Position numbers and translations under genes: made by a program. Of a DNA stretch of 64,000 nucleotides, positions 52,962-64,000 are shown piece after piece. How positions within the stretch are numbered: the stretch's first letter is position 1; each line of letters opens with the position of its first letter. Source of the stretch: Octopus sinensis (taxonomy: Eukaryota); the NCBI RefSeq assembly GCF_006345805.1, contig NC_043020.1, positions 30,008,001-30,072,000 on the forward strand, read 5' to 3'. Below the pieces are notes generated by a model. The model saw only the letters and a list, made by a program, of their open reading frames with translations. It was not told the origin of the DNA and made no database searches.

Positions 52962-54420
52962 AAGAATTAGACCAAAGCCAAACTTACAAATACTTAGGAA
53001 TCCATGAACTAGATAAGACACAACACACACAAATGAAAGAGAAAATAAAAAAAGAATATTATAGACGAGTTAGATCAATACTAAACACAGAGCTCAATGC
53101 TAAAAACAAGATAATAGGTATCAACACTTTAGCTGTCCCAGTTATAAGTTACAGCTACAATATCCTTAACTGGACACGAAATGAACTGACCAAAATAGAT
53201 AGGAAAACAAGAAAAATAATGACAGGATCTAGGATGCATCACCCAAAATCTGACATAGAAAGACTATATATACAACGTATAGAAGGTGGTAGAGGCCTTA
53301 TACAGCTGGAAAACTACTATAAAATAACCACCATAGGACTGCAAAAATATCTACTTCAGAAGGAAGGAAAACTGATCCAGATAGCGGCAAAACACGAGCA
53401 AAACAAAAAACTGTTCTCAGTATTTAAGGAAGCTGACAAATACAAACAAGAAATCATACCACCTAATAAACATGAACAAGAAGAAGAAGATGAAGAAACA
53501 ACAAAAGCTATAAAACAAATGAAATCCAAACTAAAAATAGAACAGCAACGAACAATGATAAAACGATGGCAAGAAAAGCCCCTTCATGGTAAATACTGGA
53601 CTAAACTAAACGCAAAAGAAATAGACAAAGAAAAATCCCAGCAATGGTTGAGAAGCTCAGGACTCAAAGCAGAAACAGAGGGATTTTTAATTGCAGCACA
53701 AGACCAAAGCCTCCCCACCAGAAATTACCAAAAACATGTAATGAAAAGAAATATTACAAGTAACTGCAGAATATGTGGAGATGGACAAGAAACAATAAAT
53801 CATATTATCTCTAGCTGCCCAGTCTTGGCTAAGAAGGAATATATTCACAGACATGACAGAGTTGGAACCTACATACATTGGAAGCTATGCCAACATTATG
53901 GAATAACAACAGAAAAAAGATGGTATAGGCACACACAGAAAAGGTCACAGAAAACGAGAAAGCAACCATACTCTGGGATATGCCGATACACACAGATAGA
54001 GAAATTAAGGCCAACAGACCAGATATAGTTGTCAGAGATCATGAAGAAAAAAAATGCTTTCTAATTGATGTATCAATACCGGCAGATGACAACGTGTCTC
54101 TAAAAGAAATGGAGAAACTCTCAAAATACAAAGACCTGGAAATAGAGGTAACTAGAATGTGGAATCTGAAAACAGAAACAATTCCTATCATAGTAGGTGC
54201 ATTAGGCATGATAAAAAAATATTCAGACAAATACATAACAAAAACACCAGGACTTACAAACACATATAACATACAGAAAATTGCACTACTAGGCACTGCA
54301 CACATCCTACGCAGAACACTTTCCATACAATAACCATCAGAGCATCACAACAAATCACAGCACATACCCAAGGCACACAGAGCTGCGCTCGGTAGTGAAG
54401 TGAAAGCACGCTATAAAAAA
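52962..54420 (+). mobile_element. 5'-truncated RLE-type non-LTR retrotransposon (R4/Dong-like), one frameshift near 53935
   Basis: YKYLG RT end, GGRGL, CCHC knuckle CRICGDGQETINHIISSCP, RPDIVV...LIDVSIP endonuclease motif, LGTAHILRR, short 3' UTR then (AAT)n. Confidence 0.95.
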
Positions 54421-54428
54421 TAAAACTA

Positions 54429-54500
<72 letters not shown>

Positions 54501-54962
54501 CGTCTCTACTATAGACACATTGCCTGAACTTTGGAGAGAAGGAGCTTGTCCATTCCATCGAGCTCCGTGTTCGGTTGGTATTTAATTTATCAGCTTCGGC
54601 GGAACTTGAGCAGTTTTGACTGGTGGTTAACTAATTTGTCAGGTGAAAAAAGAAAATGAACAGCTGGCAATAAACAATGGAAGACTAGAGAAGTAAGCTC
54701 CAGGCAAACAAAAAAAAAAAAAAGGAAAGAAAGAAAAGAAAGGCCTAATGTTTTATAAATAGAATGATAAGAATATAACAATTGTTTTTTTTAGAAAGAG
54801 TTGGGTGATTATGAAAGAAGGAAGGCTGCGAGAGTGAAAGTAAATGGATGCTGAAAAGAGAAGTGTGTCTGAGTTGGTAGATCTTCTCAGTTGGTAGAGA
54901 CTGATAAATAAATGCCCCTGGGTATTTCCCCCCCCCCTTGCCCCACCGTCCTGATTTAGACT

Positions 54963-55145
54963 CAAGGCCAGTAATTTTGATTATACTGACCCCCCTCCCC
55001 CAATATTTAATTTGATTGGTACTTTATTTGCAACCCTGGGGAAGTGATGGCAAAGTTGTCCCCAGCAGGATTTGAACTCAGAATGTATGATTCAAAAGGA
55101 AATACCAGAGGACGTCTTACCCAACGCCTTACCAATTCTGTCAAT
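54963..55145 (-). mobile_element. SINE family A, degenerate
   Basis: ggcaaagttgtccccagcaggatttgaactcagaatg. Confidence 0.65.
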
Positions 55146-55321
55146 CCTAATAATAATTGATCCTAACGAAATACCGATTCGTCTCCATATATATTTATCA
55201 AATATCTATAAAACCAGAATAATTATACTTCAATATGTATGAAGTTCATCTTTATTTATGACAGTCGACACCTACAAGCTTAAATACAAGTCTAACACAG
55301 AGTTAGCCAAAATAATACTTT

Positions 55322-55530
55322 CTAATTTTCACACAAGGCCAGCAATTTTAGGAGGAGAGAGTTAATCAATTACATTTCCCCCAGAGTTCAACTGGTACTT
55401 AATATATCGACCCCGAAAGGATGAAAGGCAAAGTTGACCTTGGCAGAATTTGAACTCAGAACATGAAACCAGAAGAAATGTTACTAAGCATTTGGTCCGG
55501 TGTGCTAACGATTCTGCCAGCTTGCTGCCT
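55322..55530 (-). mobile_element. SINE family A
   Basis: atcgaccccgaaaggatgaaaggcaaagttgaccttggcagaatttgaactcagaac...gattctgccagcttgctgcc. Confidence 0.88.
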
Positions 55531-55817
55531 TAATTAGCCAAAATAATTACAGAAATAAAAGTAAATGAAAGCTACTTCTATAATTAATTATAAGACTAAT
55601 AACTTAGTCTTATAGCTTTCGTTAAGCCTGCTTTGACCATTTTCCTAAACTATAAACAAAAATAATGAAAAATAAAAAAATAATGAAAATCAATGGCAAC
55701 AACTAAAAGACCAAAAGACCCAACAAATCTCAGTTTTGGCTTCGGAAAATGTGCCAAAGCAACCTTGAAAAGAAGACAAATAGTTAAGAGAAACAATGCC
55801 ACAATTGATAGAAAGTG

Positions 55818-56285
55818 AAATAAGAGAATTAGACCAAAACTAGATACATAAATACTTTTGGAATCAATAAACTAGACAAGGTACGACACACGCAAACGAA
55901 AGAGAAGATAAGGAATGCTATAGGTGTGTCAGAGTGATACTTCAAACAGAACTTGATGCGCAAAACAAGGTTATAGGTAAATAGTATGGCTGTCCCAGTT
56001 ATAAGTTATAGTAATTGAACTAACCAAGCTATTCAGAAAAAAATAAGAAAAACAATGACAGAATTTAGAATTCATCAGCAAAATCTGACATAGAAAGGTT
56101 GAATATACAACAAATTGAAGGCGGTAGAGGCCTTATGCAACTAGAAAACTACAATGAAATAACCACCATAGGATTACAGAAATACCTAACCCAGAACCAA
56201 GAAAAACTGGTACAAATAACTGCAAAGCATGAGCAAAATAAAAAAAAAACTGTTTTCTGTCTTTAAGGAAACCGAAAAATACAAG
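55818..56285 (+). mobile_element. Older degraded copy of the same R4/Dong-like RT segment
   Basis: Colinear with 52965-53440 (gaattagaccaaa...gctgtcccagttataagttat...gaaggcggtagaggccttat). Confidence 0.85.
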
Positions 56286-56286
56286 A

Positions 56287-56515
56287 AAGCCCCTTCAATC
56301 TCGTCCACCATACAACCACTTTTGCCATGGTCACCAGGCATATAAACGGCGGGGCGATCTTCACGATGGATTCAGTTGACTGCCGGATCCGTCCCACACA
56401 CAACACCAGGTGTTCAACATAAACCCACAAGTCAGCAATGCTCGGGCACTGGACGAATGCGTGCAGAACGGTTCCGTTGCTCTGCGCACATCTCGGGGAG
56501 GTCCGTCTAACATCT
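56287..56515 (-). mobile_element. Tx1/L1-like ORF2 C-terminal fragment
   Basis: Minus frame SPRCAQSNGTVLHAFVQCPSIADLW...AKVVVWWTR, a zf-RVT-like motif. Confidence 0.7.
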
Positions 56516-57023
56516 CTAACATTTATTTTCTTCTTCCCTTTGCTATTACCCCTATTTTTCGATTTCGCTAAATAAGGGACGGTTTCTCCATTTTATTTTA
56601 TGTTACAATATAATTTGTTTTGCTTCGCTTTTGGCAGCAGGTTTTCTCTTAATTCTTGCTGATTGCTGAAGTTCTTAATCCACGCGGATCATACGAAGAT
56701 TTCTTGATAACAACATGTTAATGAATAGGTTTAGATCCTTCAGCATTGTTGATATTCGAGTTTATTTCTACGAGTAGAACTTCTTGCAAGGCCTCGTGAT
56801 ACGGAATCTATTCTTCTTTTTCTTTTTTCTTATTCTTTCTTATTTTTTTTTTTTTTTGTTTCTTGCTGAGTTGCTTTTGACTGTAGATTAGGAAGTGGTT
56901 TACGTTGATCCATTTCATCGATTTTATTCTGCTCGCATTTTTTTCCATTCTTTATTGATTCTGAATAGTTCTACTCAATAGTAATCCCAGTTAATCTGTT
57001 ATAATGAGCGTTATTGTGTGTGT

Positions 57024-57065
<42 letters not shown>

Positions 57066-57129
57066 TAGGGATTAATGGTATGATTTTCGTTATGAGTTGC
57101 TTGTATTAGGGACTTATCTTCTAACCGTT

Positions 57130-57445
57130 ATCTTTTACTTGTTTCAGACATTGGACTGTGGCCATGCTGGAGCACAGCCTTGAAAGGTTTAGTCCAACAA
57201 ACCGACCCCAGTACTAATTTTCTAAAGTGTAATACGTATTCTATTGGTCTTTTTTGCCGAAACGCTAAGTTACCAACCAAAAATGATTACCAAGCAGTGA
57301 GGGGACACACACACACACGTGTTATACACGACGGGTTTCCGCACTGTTTCAGTTTCTCAAATTCACTGACAAAGCACCGATCAGAGCTACAATAGACGAG
57401 GTGCCGCGTAGTGGGATTGAACCCCAAACCTCGTGTTTGCGAAGC
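57130..57445 (-). mobile_element. SINE family B, degenerate
   Basis: ttttacttgtttcagacattggactgtggccatgctggagcacagcc...gaggtgccgcgtagtgggattgaacc. Confidence 0.85.
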
Positions 57446-57839
57446 GATCTTCTTTCTCCTTCTGGGGTTTTCCTTCTCTTCCTTCCTCTGCACCTGGTTT
57501 TCTTTCCTCGTAGAACCTAATCCTTTTCATATCTGATTGGTTCTCTTGTGTTTTCATTGTATTTTCACGTCTCATTTGTCCAATGTACGACTGTTTCTTT
57601 CCTATTGCACTCTCCCCCCTCCACCTTTATGCAAATTTATTTCTTGTATAAGATTAATTATGTTGTGATGTTCTCATTTGTCAGTGAGAGTTTATTGTGT
57701 TTGTGTGGGTCAATTTTTTATTTAATTTTTAATGGATATCCTTTGCCTGGTTTGCATTTTCTATAATCTTTTTACTGTTTATTATGAATTCTCCGTACAT
57801 TCGCTAATGTGTTTGCATCTTTTTACACCTTTATACCTT

Positions 57840-58010
57840 CTTTATAACTTTATAGGGCTCGTATGTATTGGTTGTAGCAGCGATGTATAATATAAGTGCA
57901 ATAGGGTATTTGTCTACGCATTTTCTTTGGTCTAAGGGTTTCTTAATTTTTGTGTTTATTTGGGGCAGGGTAGCTATGCAAGGTGAGTGGTGTTTTTTTG
58001 TTTTTTTGGA
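57840..58010 (-). pseudogene. Possible Penelope-like GIY-YIG remnant
   Basis: KHHSPC...KPLDQRKC...LYIAATTNT resembles the PLE C.C....CPL.GKC....IY.AT pattern. Confidence 0.3.
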
Positions 58011-58854
58011 AGTTAAATTTTGAGATGAAACCGCCTTCCACGGCATATGTCACATACAATAAATAAGGTATCATAATGCAATGAAAATACGACTGAAACA
58101 ACAAAGAGAACAAGACATTGAAGCAAAATAAAATCAAGGACAGAAACGGATACGGAGAACAAAAAAAAGACAACCCAAAATGAGAGTGAAGATCACACAA
58201 ATCACCATGGAAACAGCAAACCAAACACCCAGCCACAACAGCGACATCTTTAACAAACCTCACACTTTAACAATGAATAAAAGAAAAACACTCATAACAA
58301 CAGATAAATCAGAATTAAGATCGAAGAGGAATCTATTAGAATCAATAAAGAAAGCAAAATGATCCGAGCAAAATCGATGAACATAAACCGACGTAAGCTT
58401 CTTTGCGCGTTAATTTCATAAGAAACTCTCGTTAAACTCACGTTACGTCGCTCAATACACGTCTTGAATCAATGGCAATTGGTTTATTATTATCGTTTGA
58501 TTCATTAATCGATGTAGTTGATCTGTTTTTAAATAGTTTTACTTTTATTTTAACCTGGTTCCATTTGTTCACTTTCCGTTTCGTTGCTTACCTGTTTATT
58601 ATTGTCGCACGTTTATGATTATTCGCTTTCTGTTGGTTTTTATTTCTTTGTTTTTTGTTTTGATTTTTAAATCAATATATTTTGTCTAAAATAATCTCAT
58701 TTAAAACATAAAATAAGCGCCATTATTTCTTACTGAACGCTTGAGTAGAATCGCCAGTTTTTGTGAATCTGATAATGTTCTTCAATATAAATTTCCTTTT
58801 GCACGAGAGCTGGGTTTCAACATCCGCATTGTTATCCAAACCCACCCAATCTAC

Positions 58855-59225
<371 letters not shown>

Positions 59226-59950
59226 TCTTACTTCTCAGAGCGCTCGGTCTCGTTTGCTCTGGTTGATTCTGTGAGAGCGGATATACGTGTCATATGTCCC
59301 ACGGGGGCTCTTTCCTCACGTTATAAGCTTTGATACTTGTTTGTTAATAATCGAGGGAGACATTCAACATCCAAGTACCAATCGCAAAATCCTAGCTGTC
59401 CCCAGCACAACATTTTTCGGGGCTTCCTCTACTCTCACGTCAATTCTGATTTCTCTGACATATTTCTTGAACTTGGTTGTTAATACTCCGAATGCCCCTA
59501 CAACTTCTGGAATGACAGACACTCTCCTCATAATCCACATTCTTGCAATTTCGCCATTTAGTAGTCTTTTAATAGTCTGTACTTTTCAGTCTTTTCTGGT
59601 TCTTTGTCACTTATGCGTGCATCCCCAGATATTGCAACATCAATAATCTTGGTTTCCTTCTTTCCTTTATCTACACCAATAATATTTGCTCTCTGAGCAT
59701 CGATTAGGCAGTCATATTGGATTGTAAAATCCCACAGTATCTTAAATTCCTTGTTCTCAGTGATTCCTTCTGGTTCATGTCCGTACCGTTTCCGTGCTCT
59801 GTCCAGGCCGTACTTTTCACATAGCCTCCAGTGGACGAACTTAGCCATGTTACCATGCCTCCTTTTATAGTGCTTTTCGGCCAGCTTGCTACACTCACTC
59901 ACAATATGTGAGATTGTTTCGTTTTTTTCTGCATATTGTGAGTGACTGTA
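59226..59950 (-). mobile_element. 5'-truncated RLE-type (R4-like) LINE, decayed
   Basis: ETISHIVSECSKLAEKHYKRRH...KILWDFTIQ...IIDVAI...LGTARILRLVL; tail abuts (AAG)n. Confidence 0.9.
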
Positions 59951-59974
59951 GCAATTATTATTATTATTATTTTA

Positions 59975-60235
59975 TTGTCTTTGCACAGCTTCTAACGCTG
60001 GAGATGTACTACGGTGTCAGTGAACTAAGATAACACCCATCAGTTTTCGAGCACCATCTGGAGTTTTCTGAGAGCTCTTAGAGACTTACATGCGTAGCGG
60101 GCTTGCTACCTGCAGCCTATGGCACCATGCTATCTAATACTTACCTGATTATTCTGGCCGTGCCAAGGAGACAAACCTTTTCTAACAGTTCTACTGTTAC
60201 GAAGAAAGCGGCTTTAATAGCCCAAGCAGATATTG
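59975..60235 (-). mobile_element. 3' end of another RLE-type LINE with (AAT)n tail
   Basis: VELLEKVCLLGTARIIR*VL, then UTR, then AAT repeats at ~59952-59975. Confidence 0.8.
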
Positions 60236-61429
60236 AAGCTGCGCTGAGACGTATCAGGGATTACGCAGAGTACATAGCGGGGGTAGACAATACGGCACCA
60301 TTTCGGTGCTTTTTAAGTCAAAAGCCCTCGCTATAAAGCACTCAATGACCCCCAGGAAGGTCATTATGTGCCCATCTGATATGGGAAAAAGAAAGGCACA
60401 ACGTGCCGCCTGGATTCAAGACTTCATCTCACAACCTTATGATCATTAGTCGAACACGTTAACCACTGCTGGTGCCTTCAGTAGAGTTGTCAGTGTTTCA
60501 CAGAAATAAAAAGACAGTGAAAGCAACGCATAATAGCTAATGGCCTTTGATGTGTACACCAGGGGAACGGAGAGGAGGAGAGGAGGAGGGTGAAGGAGTA
60601 GAATAGGAGTGAACGAGTAGGAGAGAGAAGGAGAAAGAATAGGAGACAAAGGGAAAGAGTAAAAGCAATGAAAAAGAGTAAGAGAGAGAGAGAGATGGAG
60701 ACATAATGTCGAATCCTTTTGCCAAACAAGTAAAAACTCCCCAAATTATTAGTTATTTTTTTTGTTTGTTTGTTTTTTGAGGAGGAGATTTAATCCTTAC
60801 ATTTTTTTGTGCAAAAAAAACAAGAAATATTTTTATGCTAATTGTTATTATGAAAATGTTTATTTCGTATGAATAAAAAAACTGAACGAATCAACAACTG
60901 TTGTGGAATGAATTCACCAATTTTGCTTTGTGTAGAAATAATGAATTCTGTCGACAAACAAATAGCTCAGTCATGGGGGGTTGGGGTTGGCTCAACTTGG
61001 CATCGGAGAGTATTCTGATGTTGGACTATTATTAGAATTACGATGCCTGGCTGACTGTTCTTTGTTACCGAAGCTTCAGGATTATGAATTCGAAAATAAG
61101 ATTATAACAGAAGCTAACAACGAAAGCTAGAGTGAATAAGGGTAGAAACAATGGGAGGCAATCTTTCGAACTTTGTACATAAAATATAGCGAACAAAATG
61201 GAAACAAACTGCATCAAAGTGAAAGGTAAACGCATATTTGGCAAAATTGGTCAGCAATCGATAATAAAAAGTACTGGTTGTAAAATTCGATTTATTTAGC
61301 AGAGAGGATGGAAAATAGGAAATCAACAAACCAACTTCGGTGTTCTTCTTCTACTGATGCGTGTATAAATCCGTCAATGTCAGCTGAAGTTGTTCGTCTT
61401 TAAGCGTTGGACATAAAAGAAAAAAGACG

Positions 61430-61510
61430 GAGGTCGATTTGTTTGAGTGAAAATACTTCAAGGCGGTGCTCCAGCATGGTCACAGTACAATGACTGAAAC
61501 AAGCAGAAGA
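61430..61510 (+). mobile_element. SINE family B, 3' tail
   Basis: caaggcggtgctccagcatggtcacagtacaatgactgaaacaag. Confidence 0.8.
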
Positions 61511-62089
61511 CAAAGAAATATTTTTGAAGCTTCTACAAATACAAAAATAAAAGCTTTTATAGATTGCAAAGCCATCTTTACAAAGTGGGGACTGCCATGT
61601 CTATTCCCATCCCCCCCTCTCTCTCACTCTCCCCCCTCTCTCTCGCTTTCCTTCTTTTCTACCTCGTCCCTTTGCCGTTGTCCTCAGTGACCTGTTTGAA
61701 GTCTGCAGCAATTTGCCCGTCCGCTATCTTTATTGCTGTTATTGTCTCCAAAACCCGAACCGAGGAAATAAAATCTGTCTCTCATCTGTCAAATCGGTAA
61801 GTTCCTGTCAGATTGCACCGCCAATGCCTCGACTGATGGCACTCCCTTTGCCCCATATTCCATCAACTTTGATATACCCAAGATTCGGCTTTTGTCGCTA
61901 CAGCCTTCTCCCTATGCATCAATCCCGACCAGCAGCGCCATACGCTGACTCAATTAATGTCATCTTCCAGTGTTTTCTAACCTTCTGCACCCAAACATCA
62001 ATCACCCAGTTGCAGCCTCGAAATCTCACGTCTCATCACACTGGCTTCATGTACAGAGACCTTGAAAATATTCTCCAATAATAATAATT

Positions 62090-63372
62090 CTGTCTACAAA
62101 AGGCACAAAGCCCGAAAAAAAATGTTGGGGTGGGTTAAGTCGATTACATCGACCTCAGTACTTGACTGGTACTCAATTTACCAAACCTGAAAGGATGAAA
62201 GGCAAAATCGACCTTGGCGGAATTTGCACTCAGAACTCAGACGGACGAAATGCCGCTAAGGATTTTGCCCGGCGTGCTAACGGTTCTGTCAGCAGGTAAA
62301 TCGGTTACATCGACCCCAGTTCTTAACTGGTACTTATTTTATTGACATCGAAAGGAGAAAAGGCAAAGTCGGCCTCCGCGGAATTTGAACTCAGAACACA
62401 AAGCCAGGTGAAATGCCGTTAAGCGCTTTGTCCGTTGCACCAACGATTCTCTCAGCTCGCCGCTTTCATTAGTTTCAAATGTTACCAAAAAGCTAAAAAT
62501 TTCAGGGATGGAGGTAAATCGATTACATCTACCCTAGTACGCAACTGGACTCCGGAAGGATGAAAAACAAAGTCGACCTCAGCGGCATTTGAACTCAGAA
62601 CGTAAAAACGTGTTACAAAACCCAATCTGTTGTTTTGTCCCATTCTTTGTGTAGCCCCCTGTGGGTAATAAAGAAATTGGTATTTCGTCTGTCTTTACGT
62701 TCTGAGTTCAAATTCCGCCGAGGTCGGCTTTGCTTTTCATCCTTCGGGGCCGATAAATTAAGTACCAGTTGCATACTGGAGTCGTTGTAATCGCCGAACA
62801 CCCTCCCACCCAAATTTAAGTCTTGTGCCTAAAATATCATTCAGCGAAATTAATAACGGGCGATTCTACATGAAAAAAGCCGTTGAGGCCCAGAATCCAC
62901 CAAACTGCAACGAGGACTCGACCTTGCGGAGGAAACCCTAGCATCAATTGGATTATATTTCTTTATTGCCCACAAGGGGCTAAGCATAGAGGGGATATAC
63001 AAGGACAGACAAAGGGATTAAGTCAATTACATCAACCCTAGTGCGAAACTGGTACTTTATTTAATCGACCCCGAAAGGATGAAAGGCAAAGTCGACCTCG
63101 GCGGAATTTGAACTCAGAACGTAGCGGCAGACGAAATACCTATTTCTTTACTACCCGCAAAGGACTACACACAGAGGGGACAAACAAGGACAGACAAAGG
63201 GATTAAGTCGATTACATCGACCCCAGTGCATAACTGGTACTTATTTAATCGACCCCGAAAGGATGAAAGGCAAAGTCGACCTCGGCGGAATTTGAACTCA
63301 GAACGTAGTGGCAGACGAAATACCGCTAAGCATTTCGCCCGGCGCGCTAACGATTCTGCCAGCTCGCCGCCT
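62090..63372. mobile_element. Cluster of six SINE family A copies (62090-62293 -, 62296-62463 -, 62470-62610 -, 62636-62830 +, 62955-63140 -, 63140-63372 -)
   Basis: Repeated gaaaggatgaaaggcaaagtcgacctcggcggaatttgaactcagaac cores. Confidence 0.9.
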
Positions 63373-63794
63373 TATATTAATCCCACTTGGATTAATTAGC
63401 AAAAAGGCATTTCATCGTATTCTGCATTCTTGGATATTTCGGTGGCACAGCACCGTCTGGAGAGCCTCCGCATAAATAAATCAAACTTCATTATTAACCG
63501 AGTGCATAAAGAGTTCAATGCTATGAAGGAAGTCATCGATATCTTTCTAAAGCAAAGAGAGATGAGGAATAAAACCAACTCCGTGTTTATGAGAAGATGA
63601 ATCTTGGAAGGAGATTCGTTGCTTCTCTCGACTCTTCTGCTTAATTCTGACCCCGTTCACAAATCTGTGGATTAAAAGCCATTAGTGGCTATAAGCATCT
63701 CGGATTATTTATAAGCCATCTCCTATCTATGGACAATTGTAAAATATTTACAAGAGACAACAGCCTGTCGGAAAATCGACAGAAAATTGTTAGC

Positions 63795-64000
63795 GCGGCT
63801 GTGTGGTAAAAAAATTTGTTTTCCAACCACATAGTTCCGGGTTCAATTCCTCTGTGAGTCACCTTGGGCAAGTGTGACCTATTTTAGTCTCGGGTCGACC
63901 AAAGTCAAGCGAGTAAATTTGGTAGACGAAACCTGAAAGACGCTCGTCGTTTATGTATGTATGTATGTATGTATGTATGTATGCATGTATGTATGTATGC
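63795..64000 (+). mobile_element. SINE family B, 5' half running into (TATG)n
   Basis: gcggctgtgtggtaa...gttccgggttcaattcc...caccttgggcaagtg...ggtagacgaaacctgaaaga. Confidence 0.88.

Noticed and set aside
60236-60336. RDYAEYIAGVDN resembling a Gypsy RNase H end
   Set aside because: Short single motif with no flanking pol motifs or LTRs

Overview
AT-rich, microsatellite-dense animal genomic DNA, not prokaryotic. The SINE families and repeat landscape suggest a cephalopod such as Octopus (inference from recalled repeat motifs, not a database match). No intact, recognisable host gene was found, and most ORF-track entries are microsatellite artefacts. The window contains at least 25 copies of three tRNA-headed SINE families. 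It also has a Tc1 (DD34E) fossil, a mariner fossil, 5'-truncated RLE-type (R4/Dong-like) LINEs stacked in (AAT)n tracts, a Tx1/L1-like fragment and faint Penelope GIY-YIG remnants. A 6.9-kb satellite of 31-bp monomers (20924-27781) shows 2-, 3- and 5-mer higher-order domains and an internal ~4.2-kb duplication. The main hidden signal is a set of at least 8 minimal type I hammerhead-ribozyme-like motifs from unrelated sequence families. All five long (110-197 bp) inverted repeats in the window carry one. Four loci share a non-canonical CCGA core (U4C) instead of CUGA. Coordinates were counted by hand, and interspersed-repeat ends are approximate.
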